From positions 4,363 to 68,362 of the forward strand of contig JBMNOU010000004.1 of NCBI GenBank assembly GCA_050943215.1: a stretch of 64,000 nucleotides of DNA. Reading direction: 5' to 3'. Source of the DNA: Christensenellales bacterium. GTDB taxonomy: Bacteria > Bacillota > Clostridia > Christensenellales > SZUA-584. Below are positions 10,501-20,473 of this stretch, piece by piece (the first letter of the stretch is position 1; every line of letters begins with the position of its first letter). Both the position numbers and the translations under genes were made by a program. Under the pieces are notes generated by a model. It saw nothing but the letters and a program-made list of their open reading frames with translations. It ran no database searches and had not been told where the DNA came from.

Positions 10501-12100
10501 TGTATTAATAGTCGACGATGAGCCGACAATCAGAAAAGGTATAAGATCTATTTTGAGCAAGCATGCAGGCGATGAATATTGCTGGTTTGAAGCCGAAAAT
10601 GGCTTTGATGCTTTAAATATATGCAAGAAACACAAACCTGAGATTGTCATAACAGATTTGCATCTTCCGTTAATGGACGGTCTTGAGTTTATAAAGACGA
10701 TAAAAAAGGACTGTGCTCAATCGGTTCCGTCTTTTATCATTGTCACGGGTTACGATGATTTTAATTATGCGAAGACCGCGATTAAGCTGGGCGTTGTTGA
10801 ATATCTGCTCAAACCCATTAAAAGAGAAGAACTGATTGATACTTTTATGGAAACGGTTAGCAGTATCAATCTTAATAAACAGAACAAGATCATCAAAATT
10901 GAAAATGAGATATTAAAGCACGAAAACTTAGAGCTAAACAAGCGAAAAAGCCTTAATATACTGACATCTGACTATGAGCTCGATGAAAAGAGCAAAGTCA
11001 TCAATTTTCTGGTTAATAATCACTTGCTTGTGCACTCGAATTTTTATCAGTGCCTCGCATGTCAGATGCAGGACTCAGATCTTGACATAGATAAAATAAG
11101 CTTATCATGCAATGAACTGGTCTCTTCGATGACGGCAAACTCAGTGACTTTTTATGATAATCATTCAAATGTTATTGTTATTCTTTCGGGTGAGGATAAA
11201 CTGGATTTGTCGCTGCAGGCTGAAAGGATTGTCAACAACCTAGGCAGCCATTTGATTAAGCACCATAATGTGGTCAGCTTTTTAGGAATTGGAGGCGTGG
11301 TCGACAACATTCTTAATATCGATGTATCATATAACCAGGCTATATTCGCGTGTTTGCATAAAATAACGGCGTCAACACGACATTATTATTGGGAAGAAAA
11401 GGACTTAAAAAGAGATAAAAAGAGCAATACGGATTTCATCACGAATCTTCCGATATTTATTGAAATGGGAGACTTTGACAGTGCAATTGGTCTTATTAAC
11501 GATGAGATCAATAAAGCTAAGGGTAATTTTTCACAATTATATCTGTTGTACGAAAATATTGACTATGTCGTCAAAATGCGTTTTAGCAACTGGATGGAAG
11601 ATAAGGATTTTGTGTTGAATAAGTTAAGTTGTTTCTGGAATGTTGATCAGCTCAAGGATTATCTGAACAAGTATATTTTCAGGTTTTGCAAAGAAGTCCA
11701 GAAATCACACATCAGCTGTGAACAAGAGACTGTCTTAAAAGTGCTTAAATTTGTATCGGATCATTATAAGGAAAACATTAACTTAAATATGGTCAGCAAT
11801 GTCCTTGACAAAAATTCGTCATATTTAAGCACGCTGATTAAAAAGGAGACGGGTGAAAAATTTACGGATATTCTATTGAAGTACAAGATCAACTACGCTA
11901 AAGAGCTGCTTCAGGAAGTCAATTATTCAATAAATGAAGTAAGCGCGAAATGCGGGTTTGTTAGTACCAAGCATTTTATATCCGTATTCAAAAAAATGAC
12001 GGGGAAAAGGCCGACGCAGTATCGGGTCGAAAGACTCAGGAATAGCACGGCATTGCCCCGTGCACAATTATCTAAGGCGTACAAACAAATGTATAAATAA
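10493..12100 (+). CDS. Response regulator with receiver domain and AraC-type HTH output (YesN-like)
   Basis: Receiver motifs VLIVDDEP and ITDLHLPLMDG; C-terminal AraC HTH (KCGFVSTKHFISVFKKMTGKRPTQYR). Start set at the ATG at 10493 behind an AAGGAGG RBS. Confidence 0.85.
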   Translation: MINVLIVDDEPTIRKGIRSILSKHAGDEYCWFEAENGFDALNICKKHKPEIVITDLHLPLMDGLEFIKTIKKDCAQSVPSFIIVTGYDDFNYAKTAIKLGVVEYLLKPIKREELIDTFMETVSSINLNKQNKIIKIENEILKHENLELNKRKSLNILTSDYELDEKSKVINFLVNNHLLVHSNFYQCLACQMQDSDLDIDKISLSCNELVSSMTANSVTFYDNHSNVIVILSGEDKLDLSLQAERIVNNLGSHLIKHHNVVSFLGIGGVVDNILNIDVSYNQAIFACLHKITASTRHYYWEEKDLKRDKKSNTDFITNLPIFIEMGDFDSAIGLINDEINKAKGNFSQLYLLYENIDYVVKMRFSNWMEDKDFVLNKLSCFWNVDQLKDYLNKYIFRFCKEVQKSHISCEQETVLKVLKFVSDHYKENINLNMVSNVLDKNSSYLSTLIKKETGEKFTDILLKYKINYAKELLQEVNYSINEVSAKCGFVSTKHFISVFKKMTGKRPTQYRVERLRNSTALPRAQLSKAYKQMYK

Positions 12101-12294
12101 TATATATATAATGTAGGAAATATAAAAGAAAATCTGTGGTTTATTCTGTCATGCCGGTTTTAGGTGTTATAGATTTGTCTGGTTTTAATAATAGAAAGGC
12201 ATTTCAAGCTGCTTTAACATAGATATTGCTGTTAGCAAATACTGTGTCTTTCTGATTTTATTAATGTGAATAAATAATAATGGAGGTATTTCAG

Positions 12295-13356
12295 ATGAAA
12301 GCGGTTATTTATGAAGCACCCGGCAAATGGCATTTTGAGGATAGGCCAAAACCAAAGATTGAAAATCCCGATGATGTGTTGTTAAAGGTGAAAGGTGTCG
12401 GTATATGCGGCACAGACCTTCACATACTGGATGAAAGAGGCATCCATCCTTCTAAACCCGGTATAATACTGGGGCATGAATATACCGCCGTGGTCGAAGC
12501 AGTTGGAAGCGGTGTCACCGAATTTAAAAAAGGAGATTGTGTATTGATCGATCCGCATCCTTCCTGCGGCGTATGTGAGTTTTGCCGCGAGGACAGGCCG
12601 GATAGATGCTCGAATTTGTACTATCCTGTAGACCATCCAGAGTTCGCCAACCATCCTATTACCAGAGGCATATTCAGAGACGGTGCGTTTACAAGCTATA
12701 CGTGCGTTCCGGCGCATTCTCTGTATCACATCAGTTCGGATGTTCCTTTTGAACTGGCTGCGCTAGCAGAGCCCATCGCTTGTGTGGCCTGTGCGGTTGG
12801 CAAGCTTGGTATTAAAGCCGGAGACACCGCCTGTGTGATCGGCTGCGGACCGATAGGGCTTCTTTTTATCAGTCTATTAAGGCTGAACGGAGTGACAAAA
12901 GTCATCGCGTCTGAACCTTCGGCCTACCGGCGCGAAAAGGCGTTAAAATGCGGTGCTAGCCTGGCTGTTAATCCGTTAAAGGAAGATTTGCTGAAAGTTG
13001 TCAGGGATGAAACAAACGGCGACGGCGTGGACATAAGTGTGGAAGCCGTGGGCGCAGAGCTTAATACTGCAATCGATGTGGTACGCAACGGCGGCAAGGT
13101 CATGCAATTCGGTCATGACGAAATAGCAATGCCTCCTATAAGGGTGGGGCAGATCGTCAGAAAGGATCTGGAGATTCATGGCGCGTTCATCGGCAAATAT
13201 ATGTTCAAGAGAGTCGCTGAACTTATTGAAAGCGGCGCGTTGCCGCTCAGAGAGATTGCCACGCATAAGATGCCTTTGTCACAGCTGCAGGACGCAATCG
13301 ACATGCTAAGAAGAGGAGAAGCCCTAAAGATCGTTATTTATCCCGAAGAATATTAA
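12295..13356 (+). CDS. Zn-dependent medium-chain alcohol/polyol dehydrogenase
   Basis: GHEYTAVVEAVG, CGVCEFCREDRPDRC and GCGPIGL motifs. The ATG at 12295 follows a GGAGG that lies inside the longer track ORF. Confidence 0.85.
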   Translation: MKAVIYEAPGKWHFEDRPKPKIENPDDVLLKVKGVGICGTDLHILDERGIHPSKPGIILGHEYTAVVEAVGSGVTEFKKGDCVLIDPHPSCGVCEFCREDRPDRCSNLYYPVDHPEFANHPITRGIFRDGAFTSYTCVPAHSLYHISSDVPFELAALAEPIACVACAVGKLGIKAGDTACVIGCGPIGLLFISLLRLNGVTKVIASEPSAYRREKALKCGASLAVNPLKEDLLKVVRDETNGDGVDISVEAVGAELNTAIDVVRNGGKVMQFGHDEIAMPPIRVGQIVRKDLEIHGAFIGKYMFKRVAELIESGALPLREIATHKMPLSQLQDAIDMLRRGEALKIVIYPEEY

Positions 13357-13388
13357 AAGAATAACGATAAGCGTGATAAATGATATTT

Positions 13389-13414
13389 CGCCCCGATTCC
13401 GGGGCGTTGTTTTT
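13389..13414 (+). terminator. Rho-independent terminator after the second dehydrogenase gene
   Basis: 7-bp stem CGCCCCG / CGGGGCG with loop ATTC, followed by TTGTTTTT. Confidence 0.8.
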
Positions 13415-13594
13415 CAGAACGATCAGCTTTTGTCATGCCTTCTTTAATACAAAAGTCGGAAAAGATAGTCATTCGGGTTTCATACCGGGAATATATTATT
13501 ATTGAAGAAACGGTACGGCTTTGACATCTTGCTATGGGGTGCTCTTCATGGATGCAGTATTGCAAGAGCAACTTTGTTGCCGGGGAGTCTAGCG

Positions 13595-13729
13595 ATGATA
13601 TATATAATTATAATAGCGGCTCTCATATTGATCTATGGTTTTTGGATGGCACTATTTGCCGGCGCGAAAAAGAACCGGGGATATGAATCAAAGCCTAAAT
13701 CTAAAAAAGAAAATCCAGATAGATGGTAA
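13595..13729 (+). CDS. Possible 44-aa single-pass membrane peptide
   Basis: ATG preceded by GGGGAG. Encodes MIYIIIIAALILIYGFWMALFAGA followed by a Lys-rich tail. No family recognised; could be spurious. Confidence 0.25.
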   Translation: MIYIIIIAALILIYGFWMALFAGAKKNRGYESKPKSKKENPDRW

Positions 13730-13836
13730 AAATGTGCCTTAAATGGACCGGGGTCCACCCCGATAAACGATGTAATAAAAAGGACATGCCCTCCAATTTA
13801 TAACAATTGATCAATATAATTATTCAGTATATACTA

Positions 13837-13865
13837 TTGACTTTACCAATAAACTATTGTAGAAT
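13837..13865 (+). promoter_or_regulatory. Sigma-A-like promoter for the glycan locus
   Basis: TTGACT (13837-13842), 17-nt spacer, TAGAAT (13860-13865). Implies a 5' leader of about 200 nt before the ATG at 14075. Confidence 0.55.
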
Positions 13866-14074
13866 TATTTAGAATTGTTTACAAACAGTGAATTGTGTCA
13901 ATAATTTGGGATATGCTCTTTGGTTTAATCAGCCGGCAACAATACAAGGGCATTTATGGTGAAACCTGGCCTTGAAAAGGGGGGGGATAAGCCCGATTAA
14001 GATAAAAAGTTTTTGATCTGCGTTGGTTTGCCGGATATCCGGGCAGAACCGGGCGGTTAAGGGTATATAGGTGT

Positions 14075-15460
14075 ATGGATACATTGAGAAAATACAGAAA
14101 GTCGATTATATTTATTAATAGGTTCATTTTTATTGCGGTCATCATAGCGTTGTTCGTATTTGTTTTTCTCAATTATTATGAACCGGCCGTATTTTTCTTT
14201 AAGGGAAATATCATACTGGTACTCGTTTATATCGCACTGTATTTCGTGCTAGCGCTCACATACGGCTGTTTCCGTATCGGTATTTTTTCAGTCAGCGAAC
14301 TATTCTTGTCGCATTGCCTATCTATTATCATTACAAATGTGATTGCGTATTTTATCATTTGCCTTGTGGCCAGGGAAATGCTAGATATCATGATGTTTTT
14401 TATAATGACACTGGCGCAAGTATTTTTAGGTGCGGTATTCTACATTTTTGCGACCAGGATATATTTTAGGTTGTTCCTGGTCAGAAACTGTGTGGCAATC
14501 GGCAACAGCACCGAGCTTAATTTAGATCTTTTTTATAAATATAACCAAATAAAGACACGGTTTAATATCGACGTTGTGCTTGATGAGAGGGACGGCTTTG
14601 ACAGCCTCAAACAGCAGATTGACCAGCATTCTACGGTCATTTTGGGTGACATCAATAGGGAACTGCGCTCCCGGCTTATTACCTATTGCTTTGAGAAGAA
14701 TATCCGAATTTATGTAGAACCGACGATGTCCGATATTATGATGCACAATGCGCACGAAACGCATATCAATGATTCTCTGGTTTATTTGTGCCGCAACAGG
14801 GGCCCGAGTACCGAACAGAGGATCATTAAACGTTTAATCGATATTGTTGCTTCTGTTTTGGGGCTCATTGCATTTAGCCCCATCATGCTGCTGGTTGCGA
14901 TTCCCATCAAGCTTTATGACAGCGGTCCTGTTTTCTTTAAGCAAAAAAGGCTCACCCTAAACGGCAAGGAGTTTTGGCTGATCAAATTCCGCAGCATGGT
15001 TCAGAATGCCGAGGACGATGGTATCGCACGCTTGGCCAGCAAGGGGGACAAACGCATTACACCGGTCGGCCGGATTATTCGGGCGGCCCGGCTCGATGAG
15101 TTGCCTCAGATCATAAACATCCTTAAAGGGGATATGTCTCTGGTAGGGCCGCGCCCTGAACGTCCCGAGATTATGGAAGAATATTGCGAAGTGTTTCCTG
15201 AATTCCGTTATCGCCTCAAGATGAAAGCGGGACTCACTGGTTACGCGCAGATATACGGCAAGTATAACACTACGTTTGAAGATAAGGTCAAAATGGATTT
15301 GCTTTATATCGTTAGGTATTCTGTATTGTTTGACATTCGGCTGATATTTGCTACGATTAAAACCGTCTTTATGAAAGACAGCACCGAAGGGATCGAACCG
15401 GACAGCATACTGCCCACAGCAATGCAAAAAGGGAATGACTCTGAAAAGGAGAATTTTTAA
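14075..15460 (+). CDS. Polyprenyl-phosphate glycosylphosphotransferase (priming sugar transferase, WbaP/EpsL-like)
   Basis: Four or five N-terminal TM segments, a central linker and a C-terminal bacterial sugar-transferase domain (PQIINILKGDMSLVGPRPERP). Confidence 0.85.
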   Translation: MDTLRKYRKSIIFINRFIFIAVIIALFVFVFLNYYEPAVFFFKGNIILVLVYIALYFVLALTYGCFRIGIFSVSELFLSHCLSIIITNVIAYFIICLVAREMLDIMMFFIMTLAQVFLGAVFYIFATRIYFRLFLVRNCVAIGNSTELNLDLFYKYNQIKTRFNIDVVLDERDGFDSLKQQIDQHSTVILGDINRELRSRLITYCFEKNIRIYVEPTMSDIMMHNAHETHINDSLVYLCRNRGPSTEQRIIKRLIDIVASVLGLIAFSPIMLLVAIPIKLYDSGPVFFKQKRLTLNGKEFWLIKFRSMVQNAEDDGIARLASKGDKRITPVGRIIRAARLDELPQIINILKGDMSLVGPRPERPEIMEEYCEVFPEFRYRLKMKAGLTGYAQIYGKYNTTFEDKVKMDLLYIVRYSVLFDIRLIFATIKTVFMKDSTEGIEPDSILPTAMQKGNDSEKENF

Positions 15461-16461
15461 TGATATTGGTCACTGGGGGAGCGGGGTTTATTGGTAGCCA
15501 TACATGTGTTGAGCTAATTCATGCGGGATACGAGATTGTTATTGCCGATAACTTTTCGAACAGCAGCCCTAAGATAATCGAAAGCATCAGGGAAATTACG
15601 GGACGTGATATTGCTTGCGTACACATAGATGTTCGGGATAAATCTGAACTGGCCCGTATTTTTCAGGAATATGATATCGAAGCTGCGATCCATTTTGCGG
15701 GGTACAAGGCTGTTGGCGAATCCGTGTCAAAGCCGCTTTCATATTACCGAAACAACATCGACTCTGCGCTCTCGCTCTGCGAGGTGATGGCGGATAACAA
15801 TGTCAAGAAACTAATATTCAGTTCGTCGGCTACAGTCTATCGCAGCGGTAGCGAGATGCCTCTCGATGAAAACGCGCCGCTTGGGTGTACGAACCCTTAC
15901 GGCTATACCAAATTGATGATAGAACAGATATTACAGGATCTGTACATATCAGACCGCGATTGGTCGATAGTGCTATTGCGTTATTTCAATCCGATCGGCG
16001 CACATCCAAGCGGTCTCATTGGCGAGAGACCAAGCGGCATACCAAATAACCTGATGCCCTATATCACGCAGACTGTATCGGGCCGGCTTGAAAAGCTACA
16101 TGTATTTGGCAACGATTATCCGACGGCCGATGGTACTGGTGTCCGCGATTATATCCATGTGGTCGATCTCGCAAATGGGCATGTCTGTGCGCTTGATTAT
16201 GTAAAAAAACATACCGGTGTTGAAGCGGTTAACCTGGGAACAGGCAAAGGATACAGCGTGCTAGAGGTTATTCGGGCTTTTGAGAAGGCTTCCGGAAAAA
16301 CGGTACCGTACGTGATAGACGCCCGCCGTCCGGGAGATATTGCCGTCTGTTATGCAAAGACGGACAAAGCCGAGAAGCTTATCGGCTGGCGCGCGCAGAG
16401 GGGAATTGAAGATATGTGCGCGGATGCATGGAGATTTGAGCGCAGCAATGTGCCATTATAG
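15460..16461 (+). CDS. galE: UDP-glucose 4-epimerase
   Basis: GGAGFIGSH Rossmann motif, YGYTK catalytic YxxxK, full-length GalE-like. The start overlaps the upstream stop (TAATG). Confidence 0.9.
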   Translation: MILVTGGAGFIGSHTCVELIHAGYEIVIADNFSNSSPKIIESIREITGRDIACVHIDVRDKSELARIFQEYDIEAAIHFAGYKAVGESVSKPLSYYRNNIDSALSLCEVMADNNVKKLIFSSSATVYRSGSEMPLDENAPLGCTNPYGYTKLMIEQILQDLYISDRDWSIVLLRYFNPIGAHPSGLIGERPSGIPNNLMPYITQTVSGRLEKLHVFGNDYPTADGTGVRDYIHVVDLANGHVCALDYVKKHTGVEAVNLGTGKGYSVLEVIRAFEKASGKTVPYVIDARRPGDIAVCYAKTDKAEKLIGWRAQRGIEDMCADAWRFERSNVPL

Positions 16462-16641
16462 TTTTAACGGTTACTTTTAGCAGAAATGCTTTGAATATCA
16501 ACTTATCATAACGTAAGCGGATGTGGGCGTAAATGGCGGCATCGAGAGCTGTTTGCAGATAATCATCAAAAGCCGTCGGCAGATAAAAGGGTAGAACCGA
16601 GAGAAGCTTTAATATCGCAATAATAATAAGCAGAGGATTAT

Positions 16642-17412
16642 ATGTCTGATTATACCGTATCAATTTCAGTTGTCACATATAATAGCGAAGAATATATCGG
16701 CAAAATGCTCGATTCTATTAGCAACCACGTGCATAGCGTCAAATATAAGATATTTGTTATTGATAACTGCTCGACGGACGGTACAGCCGATATCGTTAAG
16801 CGCCGCAACGATAATATCGTCTTGATTCGCAACGATCATAACTTAGGGTTCGGAAAAGGGCATAATCAGGTTCTGGAAATGATCGATTCCAAATATCATG
16901 TTTGTATCAATCCGGATATCTATATTGAAACCGATGTAATCGGTTCCATGTGCGAATATCTTGACCAACACAGCGATATCGGTATATTGACGCCTAAAGT
17001 TTTGTATCCGAACGGAGACTTGCAGATACTGCCCAAAAAAGATCCGAAGTTTATCTATTTGGTATCTCGCAGGATCGGCTTTAGCACATTGAAAAAATAC
17101 AGGGAAAAATATGAGATGCTGGAAATGGGTGTTGATAACGCTTATGATATCGAGTTTGCAACAGGTTGTTTTATGTTTATGCGCACAGATCTGCTAAAGA
17201 AGGCGGGCGGGTTTGACGAAAGGTTTTTCCTGTATTTTGAAGACGCTGATTTGGCCAGGAGCATCCGAAAATTTGCACGGGCCGAATACAACCCGCAATT
17301 TACTGTCTATCATTACTGGGAACGCGCCGGAGCGAAAAAAGCCAAATATTTCATAATCCAGATCGCTTCCATGTTCAAATACCTAACCAAGTGGAGAAAA
17401 TCACACCGGTAG
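16642..17412 (+). CDS. Family 2 glycosyltransferase
   Basis: N-terminal VVTYNSEEYI and DNCSTDGT motifs, and a DxD-like FEDAD. Confidence 0.85.
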   Translation: MSDYTVSISVVTYNSEEYIGKMLDSISNHVHSVKYKIFVIDNCSTDGTADIVKRRNDNIVLIRNDHNLGFGKGHNQVLEMIDSKYHVCINPDIYIETDVIGSMCEYLDQHSDIGILTPKVLYPNGDLQILPKKDPKFIYLVSRRIGFSTLKKYREKYEMLEMGVDNAYDIEFATGCFMFMRTDLLKKAGGFDERFFLYFEDADLARSIRKFARAEYNPQFTVYHYWERAGAKKAKYFIIQIASMFKYLTKWRKSHR

Positions 17413-17437
17413 CTTTAGAAGTTTATAATATTTAATC

Positions 17438-18453
17438 TTGAGAATCAGTAATTTTTATGAATACGCAGGAGACTGGCTGCCACAGGTCAATCGTGTCCTC
17501 GGCCCTTTTTGCAGCAGCACGGTTTTTAGGCGATGCCTTATACCATATTACGCGAAGGACATACGGCTTGAGAGAGGATATACTGATATAAACGGCGCGC
17601 TCGATATCAAAACCATCGATCGTTTTGCCGAATGCTCATAAAGCTATGTGGCCTTAGGATACGGGCATGGTGTTTAATATTGGAAATAATTTTTCCCTGT
17701 TGCCAGCTGATGGGATGTACCGGGCCGATAAGCCTTGAAATGGAAGATATGATGATGGATCCGCTAACGGGCGTCACAAAATCTGTGGAAGTGAAAGGAA
17801 GCAATGCCCCGCGTTATGTAAGCATGCGGAGTATCCCTGGGCACATGGAATATTATCATAGGCGGCTGTTTCAATCTTGCCTGGCGCGGCCGATTGAAAC
17901 AGCCGTCTTTTTCCATCAGTCAGCAAAACATACAAAATATTGATGATGAGGTAATAGAGCTGATTCTGCGCGGAAAGGTGCCTATGGTCCATTCCTTCTC
18001 TTCACACTATATACCGGATAAATATGAGGGCGATACTTTTAAGAACTTCATCGGAGTCGCCCCTGTGCCCCGGTACAAATCGATTCTTGGAGGCTGGGCA
18101 CTTGGCATTCACCGCAATGCGCAGCATATCGTGCCGTGCTGCAATTATTTAAAACGGCTTTAAGCGACGATATCACGAACATGTGCATGTACGGAGGCAT
18201 CCCTACGTTAGTGGCATATCAGAACGCCGATTTAAGGCGCAAATATACATGGATCGAACTAATCGATAAGGTATTTGAAAACGGCGGTATCCGTGAGGTC
18301 ATCATTGACAGACACGGGAGCCTAATAGATCCTGACCGTATCGATGACATACTGTCCGATGCAGTAAGACGTACGCTGCAAACGGACGACGGTTCGTTTG
18401 AGATACTGACGGACACGCGGCGAGCTTTAGAAAAGCTGATTGAAGGCCGATAA
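17438..18453 (+). pseudogene. Frameshifted remnant of a family-1 extracellular solute-binding protein
   Basis: Four consecutive short ORFs in different frames (17438-17641, 17632-17943, 17894-18163, 18136-18453). The pieces read like the C-terminal part of an ABC sugar-binding protein (LILRGKVPMVHSFSSHYIP, APVPRYKSILGGWALGIHRNAQH, LQLFKTALSDDITNM). No signal peptide, lipobox or good RBS. Confidence 0.45.
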
Positions 18454-18521
18454 TCTTTTACGTTACTAAATAGCGGCGCATAGCCGCACAGAATAAAAAC
18501 GTAAGAAAGAAGGTAAGGATT

Positions 18522-19412
18522 ATGAAGAAACTCACTTATTTTGACACCGCGGCGATTTATGCAGATATCGAGGCAAAAGACAAGTTTGATATGGGTGATA
18601 TACTCACGCGATATGAGGATTACGGATTTTCACACCGCTGGATTCAGCCGCCGGTGGCCTGTTACCTAATTAACACTATGGATAACAAAGGCAACGTTAA
18701 TTCGGCACCGATTTCGATGGGAACCGCTATGTGGGGCGAGCCTACCGATTGCGGTTGGTATTACTGCTTCGCGGTGCACAACCGCCGCCAAACACGGATC
18801 AATATCGACCAGACCATGGAATGCGTCATCAGCTATTATCCGTACAGTCTTCTTCAGCAAAGCATGATCTGCAGCCTTCCTGTTCCGCATGGCATCAGCG
18901 AAATCGACGTGGCGAAATTAACGCCGGTTCCTTCAAGGCAGGTAAAGGCGCCAAGCATAGCCGAGTGCGTATCAAACCTAGAGGTAAAGATTGTCGGTTC
19001 GTACCCCCTAAGCAACACCACGCTGTATATCGGGCGCGTCGTCGGCTGCTTGGTTCAGCAGGAAGCCATTGATAAGGATAGGAAGATACCTAAAGAGCCG
19101 GGCCTTGGCTACGCCGATCTATTGTATGAGGTGTCCATTACGGGCGACCCGTCCCGTCTCAATTATACCCGTATGGCAACCGACCGCATTTACTCCACCG
19201 ATCCAAAGATTGGTGATGAGCACCGTTGGATCGGCAATTTTTCCACTTGGATGGATTCGGAGGAAAAACGCGGTCGTATCAGCACAGAAGAAAAAGAAAA
19301 ACTATTAGAGCTCAATAAAAGCTGGCGGTTTAACCCCGATCCGATAAAAAACAAAGCCGTCAAAGACGAGCTAACCGCCAAGCTCCGGGAGATATGCTGG
19401 AAAGAGATATAA
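18522..19412 (+). CDS. Flavin reductase-like (FMN-binding split-barrel) domain protein with a ~90-aa C-terminal extension
   Basis: 296-aa ORF with a GAAGG RBS. The N-terminal ~190 aa follow the flavin-reductase pattern (NVNSAPISMGTAM, AECVSNLEVKIVGSYPLSNTTLYIGRVVG). The C-terminal Lys/Glu-rich tail is not recognised. Confidence 0.5.
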   Translation: MKKLTYFDTAAIYADIEAKDKFDMGDILTRYEDYGFSHRWIQPPVACYLINTMDNKGNVNSAPISMGTAMWGEPTDCGWYYCFAVHNRRQTRINIDQTMECVISYYPYSLLQQSMICSLPVPHGISEIDVAKLTPVPSRQVKAPSIAECVSNLEVKIVGSYPLSNTTLYIGRVVGCLVQQEAIDKDRKIPKEPGLGYADLLYEVSITGDPSRLNYTRMATDRIYSTDPKIGDEHRWIGNFSTWMDSEEKRGRISTEEKEKLLELNKSWRFNPDPIKNKAVKDELTAKLREICWKEI

Positions 19413-19476
19413 AACCTATCAACGGATAAAACAACAGGCCTAACATGTTCCTATAAAAAGGCCCCTTTTGCTGGAC

Positions 19477-19496
19477 TGAACCCTGCCGAATGGACA
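19477..19496. repeat. IS left terminal inverted repeat
   Basis: TGAACCCTGCCGAATGGACA; pairs with 20474-20493. Confidence 0.8.
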
Positions 19497-19548
19497 TTGA
19501 GAGAAAAAGCCTCCTGTTGTAGGATAACTGTAACAGGAGGTATTTATT

Positions 19549-20439
19549 TTGAAAAGGAAATGGACAAACATAGAGAGATTTGCACCCATAATAATGCGAA
19601 TGCGCAGTGAAGTATGCACAAGACAACAGGTTGCTGATGCCCTAGGACTCAAAAAAGCACAGATCAAAACTAGGTCAATAGATACAATCACCGCCAAAAT
19701 GATCTACCCAGGGTTCCTAGACGTAGAGGCAGACCACGCAAAAGGCCAATTAGTGAAACAGTAGCCATGGCATTGCGCATAAGGGAATTTGAGCGAGAAG
19801 TGGAACTATACCGGTCTTTTCTTCAAGTTGCTGGAAGGATGTGAGGCCAGGAATAAAGTATATCGCCATTCAACGACATGCAGGTAAATATCCGGTTAAG
19901 CAGATGTGCGAACAGTTACACCGTTATTCCAATTTGCTCAGTCGTGACTTTACCGCTACAAGACCGAACGAAAAATGGGTTACAGATATTTTTTATATCA
20001 AAATGCCACAGGGTACGCTGTACTTATCCATGATCCGGGATTTATTTGATCAAAGCATCGTTGCTTATCAGATGGGTACAGAGCAATCAATTAACCTGAT
20101 ATTGAATATCATCGGATGGCTAGAGAAAAAGAAGCGGTCACTGCAGAGCTGCAACTCCACAGTGACCAGGGGTTTTAATACATCTCTCATGCATATTTCA
20201 ACCTGACACAGGGGTACGGCATTACGCCGTCTATGTCAAGGCGAGGAAATTGCTATGATAATGCGATGGCCGGAAACTTCTTCATTATTCTGAAGGTGGA
20301 GTGTATTCATCGTTACAAACCAAAGACGAATAACGAAGCTCGGTTGCTGATTGATAACTATATCCACTTTTACAATCACGAGCGTATCCAGCTGAAAACA
20401 AAACTGATGCCGCTTGAGAAACGACGCCAGCTAGCTTAA
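19549..20439 (+). pseudogene. IS3-family transposase (OrfA/OrfB) fragments
   Basis: An HTH-like OrfA start (QQVADALGLKKAQI) is followed in another frame by RGRPRK...ELEREVELYRSFL. OrfB pieces include TRPNEKWVTDIFYI, LHSDQGF then a stop, and SMSRRGNCYDNAMA...FYNHERIQ. Frameshifts, a stop codon and a ~100-aa internal deletion are evident. Confidence 0.8.
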
Positions 20440-20473
20440 TCTTTTGAATTCCTACGACAGGGTTATTTATTCG

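Noticed and set aside
14053-14063. ops/JUMPstart-like GGCGGTTA motif in the glycan-locus leader
   Set aside because: It only partly matches the proteobacterial RfaH ops element (GGCGGTAG), and that system is not expected in Firmicutes. Likely chance.
16379-16663. 94-aa minus-strand ORF spanning the galE 3' end and the galE-GT2 intergenic gap
   Set aside because: It overlaps galE antisense, has no RBS and shows no recognisable domain. The hydrophobic stretch is probably chance in AT-rich sequence.
19360-19697. Minus-strand ORFs (88 and 85 aa) across the IS left end
   Set aside because: They span the IS boundary and the terminal inverted repeat and are antisense to the transposase OrfA remnant. 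No coding signal.
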